A stretch of 26,465 nt of DNA from a virus. Its lineage: Duplodnaviria; Caudoviricetes. The stretch lies in the IMG/VR virus record IMGVR_UViG_3300031963_000812, positions 1 to 26,465 of that record. One strand, written 5' to 3'. Positions 8,901 to 16,759 of this stretch are shown here, piece by piece. The position numbers and the translations under genes are program-made. Every line of letters starts with the position of its first letter. Positions within the stretch are counted from its first letter, which is position 1. The notes beneath the pieces were generated by a model. That model was given only the letters and a program-made list of their open reading frames with translations, had not been told where the DNA came from and ran no database searches.

Positions 8901-8955
8901 GCAAAAGACCACCATCAATATTAACGGCACAGATAACAGATACCAATGGCAGTAG
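5902..8955 (+). CDS. Tail tape measure protein
   Basis: 1017 aa, Ala/Glu/Lys-rich helical, hydrophobic patches, C-terminal PLPKFKKGG..GGRSHEAGG...EAEKGEFVVN motif; follows a frameshifted chaperone. Confidence 0.9.
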   Translation: MAAAEVEIIYKANADGLNAAVGKITQTNDTLVKEAQDTSKKVADEFKKIGGAAAAAFGSSQVKNALKQLNDESLKLTANLKKLQDEQVDLIASGNLVSKAFKDNAAAQAAVKGQIAQITAQQKQLNDTYGDTETKQKSLTGQLRQLKQELSLLEAAGEEGSQQFQELTLRAAKLEDQIGDTRERVRVLASDTFKFDAAVGAVSTLASGFEVAQGAAALFGSESEALNEVIAKTTAVTAIANGVREIADTLTGQSAVKLAVLGAAQKAYNVVVGNSTGALKIFRIALASTGVGALVAGLGVLIAYFDDIKDAINGTSNSTRAYAKAVEESRSKTAEAIVTVQEVGNAFDLAKQGVISKEEALLTYNEKLGESLGTQNDFNAAEKRFVLASGAYVKSAQLRATAQSLIAEGAALAAEAATVTGDEALSTLETIDIYAGKIGNAFNDVLTLGLLDLSEGEEKRAAAVKESAKVRVSAEKQAEADRLFAIGEGIVKEAEELEKRAGIVSEGEKKINDKKAAINKAASDKATEAANKAAEDQKKAREELAEAELEAFTNALDERDKIRAEANAKGQEIEAKFRAAGFKEGTKEAIKAEKEKNAAIEQILIEADKKVKEIDQQAAKDKLEKALEAAKAQADATTQQQIDAANAQLALELAAINETGADKVEIEKRYAEILKGLNKQLNEEIKEENNKRIESEFNTREANLKRLEIIEGSSLDRRIALIELEAERRRKAATDNIKDAKELAAQLELINAETQAAIRAESVESTTDTIDNALKVAQEVGDLFKGLADLQKAASEQRITEIQEASQAELDNINKGLESEIDKQRQREALEKRTNAKIAAEKLKQAKLDRGIAIFDVIIKTAQAVNTAVAASPLTFGLPWSAFAAASGAIQLAAIQAQPLPKFKKGGPVGGRSHEAGGTIIEAEKGEFVVNKQSASRHRDALDAMNRSSDAFKKYIEQRYVRPALLDFAAKKERGVQVNATLNAKGVEKKLDKLTKVVSKQKTTININGTDNRYQWQ

Positions 8956-10976
8956 AATTAAAGTTTGTTATTGACGGCCTTGACAGAGGGCAGCCATTAA
9001 ACCCGGAAGAGTTTGCCATCACCATCAATACAGAGGACAGCATCGGAGCAAGGGTGGTGTCGTTTGGCAATGACTTAATATTTGGCGGTGATGTGTATGA
9101 CTACCTTTACACCAAGCTTGAGGTAAGCGGATATTGTGAACTGGTGCGACTAAGTGTGCAGTACAAGTGTGCAGCCGGAACATGGGAGCCATTGGTGGAT
9201 GGCTACATCATAGTGACTGAGTGCTTATTCTTACTTGATAAATGTGAGGTTAAGACAAAGATGTATGATGAGACCTTCAGCACCAAGATCAACAATAATA
9301 AGTCCATTCCTTTCTCACTTGATCTTACCACCACCAAGAATGGGCAGCCGATTGTACCACCTACCTTGAGGCGGCTTGAGATCTTCAATCCTGCTACTGG
9401 AATATTTGAGATATTATGTGCTTATGGCTATCCTGTTTATGATGTCTTTAAACATCTGATCGGATGCATGTCTGATAATCTTGTGGACTTTGAGTCTAAT
9501 TACTTCAAGGTGGTTAAGCCTGACTTCAATGTTCCTGCCTATACGGTGGGCAAGAGCCTGCGCACCAGAACCATTCAACAAACATCAGCAACATTTGAAA
9601 GCCTGTATGCTGCCATGAGGTCTAAGCTTAATCTTGGAATGGGCTTTGAAAAGCAGGCAAATGGAAGGCCACTGCTAAGGATAGAGCCCATTGCATACTT
9701 TCAGCAATCCAATCCATCAGCCAATCTGTATGATCAGCCCGGCATTGAGATGAGCTTTGATAGGACTATGCTTTATCAAGCTGTGGACTTTGGCAATGAG
9801 GTGGTGCTTGAGGCACAAGAATGTGATGGCGGCAATACACCTTGCACATTTACTCAGACACCATTTAGAGGCTTCCGCAATGAAACCTTTGGATTTGTTG
9901 GCGAGTGCAATACATCGGCCAAGCTTAACCTTCAAACTCCGGCAATTATCTTTGATGCCAATGCCATTGAGGATGTGATAAGATTTGCGGTGGAAGATTA
10001 TGACAATGACAACTTTATAATTCAAACAAGGTTTTTAGATTTCGGCCCCAATCCAGATGTATTATTGGCGCAGCAATATGATCCCTATGGATTGGGCCAA
10101 GCAATTTACAATGGCAACTTTGCCAATAATGTGGTGAGCTCAAACTGGCTGAGTGGATATCCTAACTCACTCTATTCATTTTTAGAGGAGCCTTGGAATC
10201 CAATTGATACTCAGTTCTTCTGCGAGATGACTTTCTTCAATAATCCGACTCAGGACTTTGAAGTCAATTGGCCTGCTTACACATCATTCACATCATGGAA
10301 CGGTGTCTTTCCGCAATGGCTTGAGATTAATGACAATGGCAATAATTTTAACTCAACCACCTACACTGTGCCATACACTGGAGTGTACACCTTCAGTTGT
10401 CAATTTGTATTATCTTTCTTTCCGAAAATTTGGGAGAGCTACTGTTATGCAGTGATTGAACATTATGATTCTGGAGGAACTCTTATCCAGGCATATGATG
10501 GAACGGTATCTTTTAAACAGGCAAGTGTACTTTCTGCCGGTATATTAGTCCCGTTTGTATCTGAAACATTTATTTGCAATCAAGGCGATTTAGTACGGAC
10601 AAATGTTTATGCCAGTGCTAATGATACCACTACCTTTCCAAACCCGACCAATGTAACACTGATTAGACAGTGGACAGATACTTTAAATAATATCACTTAT
10701 GATTCATACTTCATTGGAGGTGGTGTGCCATTTGTGCCATTAGAACTTGAGGCCATTGACATCAATGATGTGAAAGCCTACACTTATAAGTTCGATAGGC
10801 CGCTATCCATGCAAGAGATCAATGCCATCACATCTGAGCCATCCAAGCCAATCATGTTGGGCCGCAAAGATGATCCGGTGGCTACCATACCAACGTACAT
10901 CCAAAACATCAACATTCAATCTGTGATGCGCAAGAATACACAATTTGAATTGAGATCAAATAAACTTCTGCCATGA
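8946..10976 (+). CDS. Tail tip/hub structural protein (putative)
   Basis: 676 aa immediately after the tape measure; beta-rich, with a C1q-like segment (FNSTTYTVPYTGVYTFS). Confidence 0.65.
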   Translation: MAVELKFVIDGLDRGQPLNPEEFAITINTEDSIGARVVSFGNDLIFGGDVYDYLYTKLEVSGYCELVRLSVQYKCAAGTWEPLVDGYIIVTECLFLLDKCEVKTKMYDETFSTKINNNKSIPFSLDLTTTKNGQPIVPPTLRRLEIFNPATGIFEILCAYGYPVYDVFKHLIGCMSDNLVDFESNYFKVVKPDFNVPAYTVGKSLRTRTIQQTSATFESLYAAMRSKLNLGMGFEKQANGRPLLRIEPIAYFQQSNPSANLYDQPGIEMSFDRTMLYQAVDFGNEVVLEAQECDGGNTPCTFTQTPFRGFRNETFGFVGECNTSAKLNLQTPAIIFDANAIEDVIRFAVEDYDNDNFIIQTRFLDFGPNPDVLLAQQYDPYGLGQAIYNGNFANNVVSSNWLSGYPNSLYSFLEEPWNPIDTQFFCEMTFFNNPTQDFEVNWPAYTSFTSWNGVFPQWLEINDNGNNFNSTTYTVPYTGVYTFSCQFVLSFFPKIWESYCYAVIEHYDSGGTLIQAYDGTVSFKQASVLSAGILVPFVSETFICNQGDLVRTNVYASANDTTTFPNPTNVTLIRQWTDTLNNITYDSYFIGGGVPFVPLELEAIDINDVKAYTYKFDRPLSMQEINAITSEPSKPIMLGRKDDPVATIPTYIQNINIQSVMRKNTQFELRSNKLLP

Positions 10977-12613
10977 GCTACACTTCTATTCCAAATCAGC
11001 CAATAATATTTAATACCATACTATCTGAGCCATGCCCGAATTGTAATACAGATTACAATCAGTACATTGACTTCGATGATCAATTGTTTTTTCAGCTTGA
11101 AGCCGGACAGTGTGGGAACTTGGAATTTGACAGTGAGCTGTTGCAAGGCACATGGACTCAATCGGGCAGCACCATCACTTCCACTGGTGGCTCAGGTGGG
11201 TACATTCAATATTATAGGAGATTCGATGTGGTGCAGAATGTATTGGCCACCATTACAGTGACACAGATCACAGGCACACTTGATGTGGTATTGGTGGGCG
11301 GTGGCATCATCTCCATCACTGCACCAGGCACTCATCAGATATACTTGAGCACAGCCAACAGCAGCAGCAATCTTTTGACATTATCATTCTTTGGAGGTGC
11401 TACACCTTTTGATGGATCATTCGTAATTGATTCAGTGGTACCTGTGCCCAATGGTGGGCTCTTTGTCGGCTTGGTGGATCCGGTGACATTGGCTGTGGTG
11501 GAGAGGTTTGATCCTGTGCTCACCACATCTGATCAATACCTGACTGCTGCCATCAACCTTGCAGATTATGATATTGAGCCGGGCTGCTACCGTTTAGCCA
11601 TTGCCGATTACTGCACCAACACTTGTGGGCAGTATTATGTGTACAATCCATACTTCAATGGTGATCCGATGTGCATCGGATGTGAGCCCATTGGATGGAC
11701 TAATGATAATCAGATAGGCAGTGACAACTGGATTGTTGGTGGTGGTAGCGCAACATTGAGCTACACTGCCAATGCCAATATCACTTATTTGGAGAGCGTG
11801 ACTGAGTTATGCGAGGGGCTTGAGTATAGCATCACAATTGTGGTGGACTCGCTTAATGATGGCACATTGAGATTGGTGGTGGATCAGATATCTGAAGGAA
11901 CTCCTATAACATCAGCAGGAACTTACACATTTAATATCACTCCCACAAATAGCGGCAAGATTGGATTGCTGCTATTAAATAACATCGGCCAGACTGCTGA
12001 TGTGGAAGTAAGCTACCTTACTGCCAGAGCCTACAAGGAGCATGCAATTTATGATAAGTACACTGATGAGGTGAACATTGGAGATTACTCCGATGACTGC
12101 AAATACTTCAAGATTGAGGGCTGCAATGCTGAGAATCAATTTGGGCTTGCATTCAATGGCACATCATTCTTGCCAGGCATCAGATTGCAGGGCCGTAAGT
12201 TTAGGGCTCAGTATGTGGTGGACTCAGATATATTCCGCTATGCATCGGGGCGCACAGTCACACCTTATGCCGATATTGTAAAGAAGTGGACATTCTACTT
12301 TGAGCGCATGCCTGAGTATGTGCTTGACTTCTTAAGCATTGTTTTCTTTTTTGATAATGTGTATATCAATGGTGAGGTGTATGCACCTGCCGAAAATACC
12401 TTTCCAGATATTGAGTACAATGATGCAGACAATTTAGGCAGCATCACCATTGATCTGATTAAAAAGAATACACTGGTGCGCAAGACAGTATGTGTGGCAG
12501 CCGATGCCAACTGCCTTCCATCAATCTTGGATCTGGACACTGAGCCATTTATATTGGCACAGGATGGTGACAGATTATTGACTCAAGATAACATCAACTT
12601 GTATCAACAATAA
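10973..12613 (+). CDS. Minor tail structural protein with possible carbohydrate-binding inserts
   Basis: 546 aa, Gly/Thr/Ser beta-rich, 13 Cys; ends in ILAQDGDRLLTQD, a motif seen in tail/fibre-attachment proteins. Confidence 0.6.
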   Translation: MSYTSIPNQPIIFNTILSEPCPNCNTDYNQYIDFDDQLFFQLEAGQCGNLEFDSELLQGTWTQSGSTITSTGGSGGYIQYYRRFDVVQNVLATITVTQITGTLDVVLVGGGIISITAPGTHQIYLSTANSSSNLLTLSFFGGATPFDGSFVIDSVVPVPNGGLFVGLVDPVTLAVVERFDPVLTTSDQYLTAAINLADYDIEPGCYRLAIADYCTNTCGQYYVYNPYFNGDPMCIGCEPIGWTNDNQIGSDNWIVGGGSATLSYTANANITYLESVTELCEGLEYSITIVVDSLNDGTLRLVVDQISEGTPITSAGTYTFNITPTNSGKIGLLLLNNIGQTADVEVSYLTARAYKEHAIYDKYTDEVNIGDYSDDCKYFKIEGCNAENQFGLAFNGTSFLPGIRLQGRKFRAQYVVDSDIFRYASGRTVTPYADIVKKWTFYFERMPEYVLDFLSIVFFFDNVYINGEVYAPAENTFPDIEYNDADNLGSITIDLIKKNTLVRKTVCVAADANCLPSILDLDTEPFILAQDGDRLLTQDNINLYQQ

Positions 12614-12627
12614 ATTTATTATCTTTG
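12599..12627 (+). promoter_or_regulatory. Bacteroidota-type promoter upstream of the tail tube gene
   Basis: TTG (12599-12601), N18, TATCTTTG (12620-12627). Confidence 0.65.
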
Positions 12628-12644
12628 TGAAAGTCATCGCAGCT

Positions 12645-12687
12645 ATGTAGGATTAATCTGCTCATCCTATTTAATCGGGCAGAGCCA
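12645..12687 (+). ncRNA. Putative H-type pseudoknot in the 5' leader of the tail tube gene
   Basis: S1 TAGGAT(12648-53)/ATCCTA(12664-69); S2 TCTGCTC(12657-63)/GGGCAGA(12677-83) with one G-U pair; same topology as 19265-19306. Confidence 0.55.
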
Positions 12688-12706
12688 AATTTTAAATTCT
12701 TACAAA

Positions 12707-13246
12707 ATGGGATGCGTTAGTTATTGCGATTCGTCGCTGCTTGACCACAACCTGATCAACTGTAATGATTATAAGCTTGGCGGTGTGTCTGCAATTCTTG
12801 TGGGTGCTTGCGGTACTGAATTGGTTGATCCTTCTGATGAGACAGAAGTCAATGCCTTAATATCAGCCGGCACTGCTAAATTGATTGAAGATATCCGCTT
12901 TGCTCTTCCTGCCGGATCACCGGTAACAGTTGATTCACCAATCGGATGCGGGACTCCAATCCGTATCAATGAAGATCGTACTGCCACTCTATATGATGCT
13001 AATGTGACAGATGAGAATAATGCTTTTTGGAATGATGTAAACAATCGCAGGATAGCCTGGATCTTAGCCTATGCTTGCGACTCTGGTAAGGTGATTTACA
13101 TCAATCCATCTGTGGGCATTACCACATCTGCCAACTTCATCATTCCTGAGCAGAACAATGAGCTTCAGCGTTATGAGGTAACATTCTCTTGGAGGGATAA
13201 GAACATTCCTTCACAGTATGATGCGCCTCCAGGTGTATTCAGTTAA
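12707..13246 (+). CDS. Major tail tube protein (putative)
   Basis: 179 aa, acidic, beta-rich, LGGVSAI N-terminal motif and YEVTFSW C-terminal strand; has its own promoter; no other tube candidate in the window. Confidence 0.65.
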   Translation: MGCVSYCDSSLLDHNLINCNDYKLGGVSAILVGACGTELVDPSDETEVNALISAGTAKLIEDIRFALPAGSPVTVDSPIGCGTPIRINEDRTATLYDANVTDENNAFWNDVNNRRIAWILAYACDSGKVIYINPSVGITTSANFIIPEQNNELQRYEVTFSWRDKNIPSQYDAPPGVFS

Positions 13247-14199
13247 TGATGGAAACAAGCCAACAAATAAGCCACAGCACTGCCTCTGATACAGGGGTGG
13301 TGCTCATGGCATTTGGCAGGCCTCAATATTATTGGGCTGCTTACAACTTAGCCTATTCAATTAAGAGGTTTAATAAGTCCATCCAGATTGCCTGCTTGGT
13401 TGAGAGCAAGGAGGATGTGGATAAATACTGTGGTGATCTTCATGAGGTGGTGGATGTAATCCGGCCCATCTTGCATGAGAACCTTTACACAAATAAAAAG
13501 ATTGATCCAGGTAAGGCAAAGGTTAATCTATATTATTACTTGCCATTCACACATAATGTTTATTTAGATGTGGATGCAGTGGCCTTAAAAGACATTCAGC
13601 CAATGATTGATGTGCTGATGCAAAGTGGCAAGCCGTATGCAAGCCATTGTGTAGGATATCACACCATTGATCAGGGGCGCAAGATTGATTCCATGCAATG
13701 GGCATGGGCTGATGACATTTGGAGTCAATATAACTTTGATGATACAACTGTGCTGCCTGCCATCAACAGCAGCATTCAATATATTAAAAAGTGCAATGAA
13801 TCATTGAACCTGTTTAAGGTGGCTCAAGATTACTACCATCACAATCCAATCCCGGTGCATAAGTTAAGAACCAAGTGGGGCGGTGGGCAGCCAGATGAGC
13901 TGTACATGAACTGTGCCCTGGCAAAGTTAGGGATGGATCCTGCCATTGGTGAGGTGGGCCGCAATGACTATGCAGAGATTGGCTTCATCCACTTCACAGA
14001 TCGCAGGGGCATGAACTATGCACAAGTCACACAATTGTACTATCTTCAATCTTATTATGGTGGGCAGGGCTTCACTCCTGCATTTTATATTGAGTGGCTT
14101 GATAGGCTGCTCAAATCGTGGATGAGGGAAGAGAACAAGATGCACAAATATTTTATTCACAGAATAATCTCAAATAAACATGCAGACCCAAAACGCTAA
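13246..14199 (+). CDS. GT-A fold glycosyltransferase (GT8-like/mannosyltransferase-like)
   Basis: N-terminal GVVLMAFG..Y...A..LAYSIK, DxD motif in PFTHNVYLDVDAV, INSS, PDELYMNCAL and IHF; TAATG overlap with the tube gene. Confidence 0.8.
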   Translation: MMETSQQISHSTASDTGVVLMAFGRPQYYWAAYNLAYSIKRFNKSIQIACLVESKEDVDKYCGDLHEVVDVIRPILHENLYTNKKIDPGKAKVNLYYYLPFTHNVYLDVDAVALKDIQPMIDVLMQSGKPYASHCVGYHTIDQGRKIDSMQWAWADDIWSQYNFDDTTVLPAINSSIQYIKKCNESLNLFKVAQDYYHHNPIPVHKLRTKWGGGQPDELYMNCALAKLGMDPAIGEVGRNDYAEIGFIHFTDRRGMNYAQVTQLYYLQSYYGGQGFTPAFYIEWLDRLLKSWMREENKMHKYFIHRIISNKHADPKR

Positions 14200-14776
14200 A
14201 AAGAAAGCAGGGCGGCCAAAGAAGTCAGAGGCCACCAAACCAAAGGCTGAAAAAAAGATTGTGACCACTGCCACCTTTAAAGAGGAAGCCAGGCATGGAT
14301 GGAACAGTGAGGCCGATGTATGCCAATTCATTGGCTCATTGATCAAGATGAATGGATATAAGAACGTGCTTGAGATTGGAGTATTTGAGGGCGAGACATC
14401 GGTTAAGATGATTGAGGCCCTACCGATCGGAGGCAAGTACACCGGCATTGACATCAATGATTATCGGAAGCTTGACTTCAACAAAGCCGGTAAGGGGTGG
14501 AACTTTATCCTTGGTGAGTCCATAAATGTGCTTAAGACAATGCCTGAGAATCACTTTGATTTTATCTTTGTGGATGGGGATCATTCGTGGGAGAATATAC
14601 TTCCAGAGTTCAAAGAGATTGAGAGGGTGATCAAGCCGGGTGGAGTGATAGCATACCATGACAGCATCCACATTGCTGATGTTAAGAAGCTCATTGAGTA
14701 TGCACACCACTACAAGTACAATACAGTAACATTGAATACATCAGAGGGCAGAGGGCTCTCATTAATACAGCGATAA
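14180..14776 (+). CDS. Class I SAM-dependent methyltransferase (Methyltransf_24-like)
   Basis: Motif I VLEIGVFEGETS, YTGID, FDFIFVDGDHS, IKPGGVIAYHD; Lys-rich N-terminal extension. Confidence 0.9.
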   Translation: MQTQNAKKKAGRPKKSEATKPKAEKKIVTTATFKEEARHGWNSEADVCQFIGSLIKMNGYKNVLEIGVFEGETSVKMIEALPIGGKYTGIDINDYRKLDFNKAGKGWNFILGESINVLKTMPENHFDFIFVDGDHSWENILPEFKEIERVIKPGGVIAYHDSIHIADVKKLIEYAHHYKYNTVTLNTSEGRGLSLIQR

Positions 14777-14778
14777 AC

Positions 14779-14868
14779 ATGAAACCAAACTATTGTAGAA
14801 GCAAGAGCTGCGGCTCAAACATCATTGAAAAACCAACTAACAATATTCTAAATGGCACTAAGTATTGA
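14779..14868 (+). CDS. Possible 29-aa peptide with two Cys
   Basis: MKPNYCRSKSCGSNIIEKPTNNILNGTKY; AAAC-ATG context 2 nt after the methyltransferase stop; overlaps the portal start. Confidence 0.35.
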   Translation: MKPNYCRSKSCGSNIIEKPTNNILNGTKY

Positions 14869-16759
14869 GGAGATTGACAAGATTGTGCGCAAGTTTTCGG
14901 CCCTTCACAAGGGGTGGGAGGCTGCATCTGCAAGGACTCCTGTCAATCCAATTACAAAGGAGAGAACAGGAGTAAGTCAATATCCTGAGTATTGGCCGGG
15001 GTACAACTATGCCGCTAAGATGTATGACAGCATCTTGCCGCACACCCGGCCTGACATTTACCCTGCACATCTGTTGAATGTCAGGGCTCCGAACCAGACC
15101 GATGCGCAGGCTGAATACATAAAGGCCAATTATAAGCCTACCACATTAAGTGTATTTGAGGACTTCAAGGCCACCATCAGCAGGGCCTTTGCGGATCAGA
15201 ACTGGAGCATCAGGTACAATGAGGAGCTTGAGCCAATCTTTGGCAATGATACCTTTGAGAGATTTGTCAATTCGGAGATTGAAAGATTCGGCTCACTTGA
15301 GATGTTCATGAAGAGCATGGTGCCCACATTAAAGCTGATTGATCCCAATGGTATCATTGCCATTGAGCCGGAAGATATTGACACCGTAATTGATGAGGAA
15401 GGTGAGGAGATCGTATCTAATGAGCTGATTAAGCCGATGACAGAATACTACTCATGTAAATCAATTGTGGGGCAGAAGTATGGGGAGTATTACATGGTGA
15501 TCACTGATGACAGATCAGAGGTTAAGGTGGGCAGCAAGATTGAGAAGGCAGGCATTGTGCTTGAGATCTATGATGACATGAATATCTGGAAAGTTTACCA
15601 GGTAGGCAAGAAGTCAGAGCTTGAATTCAGTGAGCCTGTGCTTTACTTCAGCCATAACCTTGGATATGTGCCATGCCACAAGCTTGAGGGGATGCCTCAG
15701 ATGATCGGCAATGAGATTGCCTTTCAGAGTCCTTTTATCACAGCGGTGCCTCTGCTTGATCAGGTGATTCTTGATGAGTCATACCTTCAGATCAGCAAGG
15801 CCACAAGTGCCTTTCCTTTTATGGTGGCATTGGGCGAGATTTGTGAGTTCATGGATCGAGAAGGAAACAAGTGCCAGGATGGACGCATCTTTGATCCTAT
15901 CAATGGAGGATATCGAAGCTGCCAAAGCTGCAATGGCTCAGGGGTAAAGAGCAGATTCTCACCAACAGGGATGCTGTTGATCAAGCCTAAGACATCATTG
16001 TCAGAAGGAGACAGCAGCCTCTCTGGTGAGTACCTTAAATTCGTGAGCCCACCAATGGACACATTGAACTTCTTGCGCACAGAGATTGAGCAGCAGATGA
16101 GCAAGGCAAGGAGAATCCTTCACCTGCCTGCATCTGATGAGTCAGGAACCATTGGAGAGGCATCAACAGCCACAGGATCATTGAATAAATTGAGGGCCCT
16201 GTATGCCTTCATCAAGCCGGTATCTGATCAGATATTTAATCTCTATGAGTTCTGCTTAGTGACAATGGGGCGCATGCGTTATGGTGAATTCTTTGGAGGT
16301 GTCAATTTAGTTTATCCGACATCATTCGATATCAGCACACCATCAGACTACCTTGCAATCATTGCTGAAGGTGTCAAGGCAGGGGTGCCTCCATCAATTA
16401 CTTTCTCCAATGTTTACAATTACATCCGGGCCATCCATTACACCGATGAGGAGACATCTGCAATCTATGATTTAATCATTAACACTGATGAGTTGCTGCT
16501 CATGAACTCTGCCGATATCGTGGCAAGGATTGCAAATGGCACTGTTGAGAAGTGGCAGGATGTGCTGCACCACTCCGCACCACAATTGATCATGGAGCTT
16601 ATCAGAAACCACATACCAACAGAAGGAGCTGCAAGATTTATTGATCTGCCCTTCCAGGAACAGGTGATTGCACTCAGACGTATCGCAGCGGATAAGGTGA
16701 GAGAGCAGCTTGATCCAATACAGCAGGCACAGCAGGAGTTATTGAATGGCATCATTTGA
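14852..16759 (+). CDS. Portal protein (putative) with a CxxCxGxG-type insertion
   Basis: 635 aa directly upstream of the minor head, scaffold and capsid genes; HNLGYVPC strand motif, helical C-terminal half, YPTSFD motif. Confidence 0.8.
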   Translation: MALSIEEIDKIVRKFSALHKGWEAASARTPVNPITKERTGVSQYPEYWPGYNYAAKMYDSILPHTRPDIYPAHLLNVRAPNQTDAQAEYIKANYKPTTLSVFEDFKATISRAFADQNWSIRYNEELEPIFGNDTFERFVNSEIERFGSLEMFMKSMVPTLKLIDPNGIIAIEPEDIDTVIDEEGEEIVSNELIKPMTEYYSCKSIVGQKYGEYYMVITDDRSEVKVGSKIEKAGIVLEIYDDMNIWKVYQVGKKSELEFSEPVLYFSHNLGYVPCHKLEGMPQMIGNEIAFQSPFITAVPLLDQVILDESYLQISKATSAFPFMVALGEICEFMDREGNKCQDGRIFDPINGGYRSCQSCNGSGVKSRFSPTGMLLIKPKTSLSEGDSSLSGEYLKFVSPPMDTLNFLRTEIEQQMSKARRILHLPASDESGTIGEASTATGSLNKLRALYAFIKPVSDQIFNLYEFCLVTMGRMRYGEFFGGVNLVYPTSFDISTPSDYLAIIAEGVKAGVPPSITFSNVYNYIRAIHYTDEETSAIYDLIINTDELLLMNSADIVARIANGTVEKWQDVLHHSAPQLIMELIRNHIPTEGAARFIDLPFQEQVIALRRIAADKVREQLDPIQQAQQELLNGII

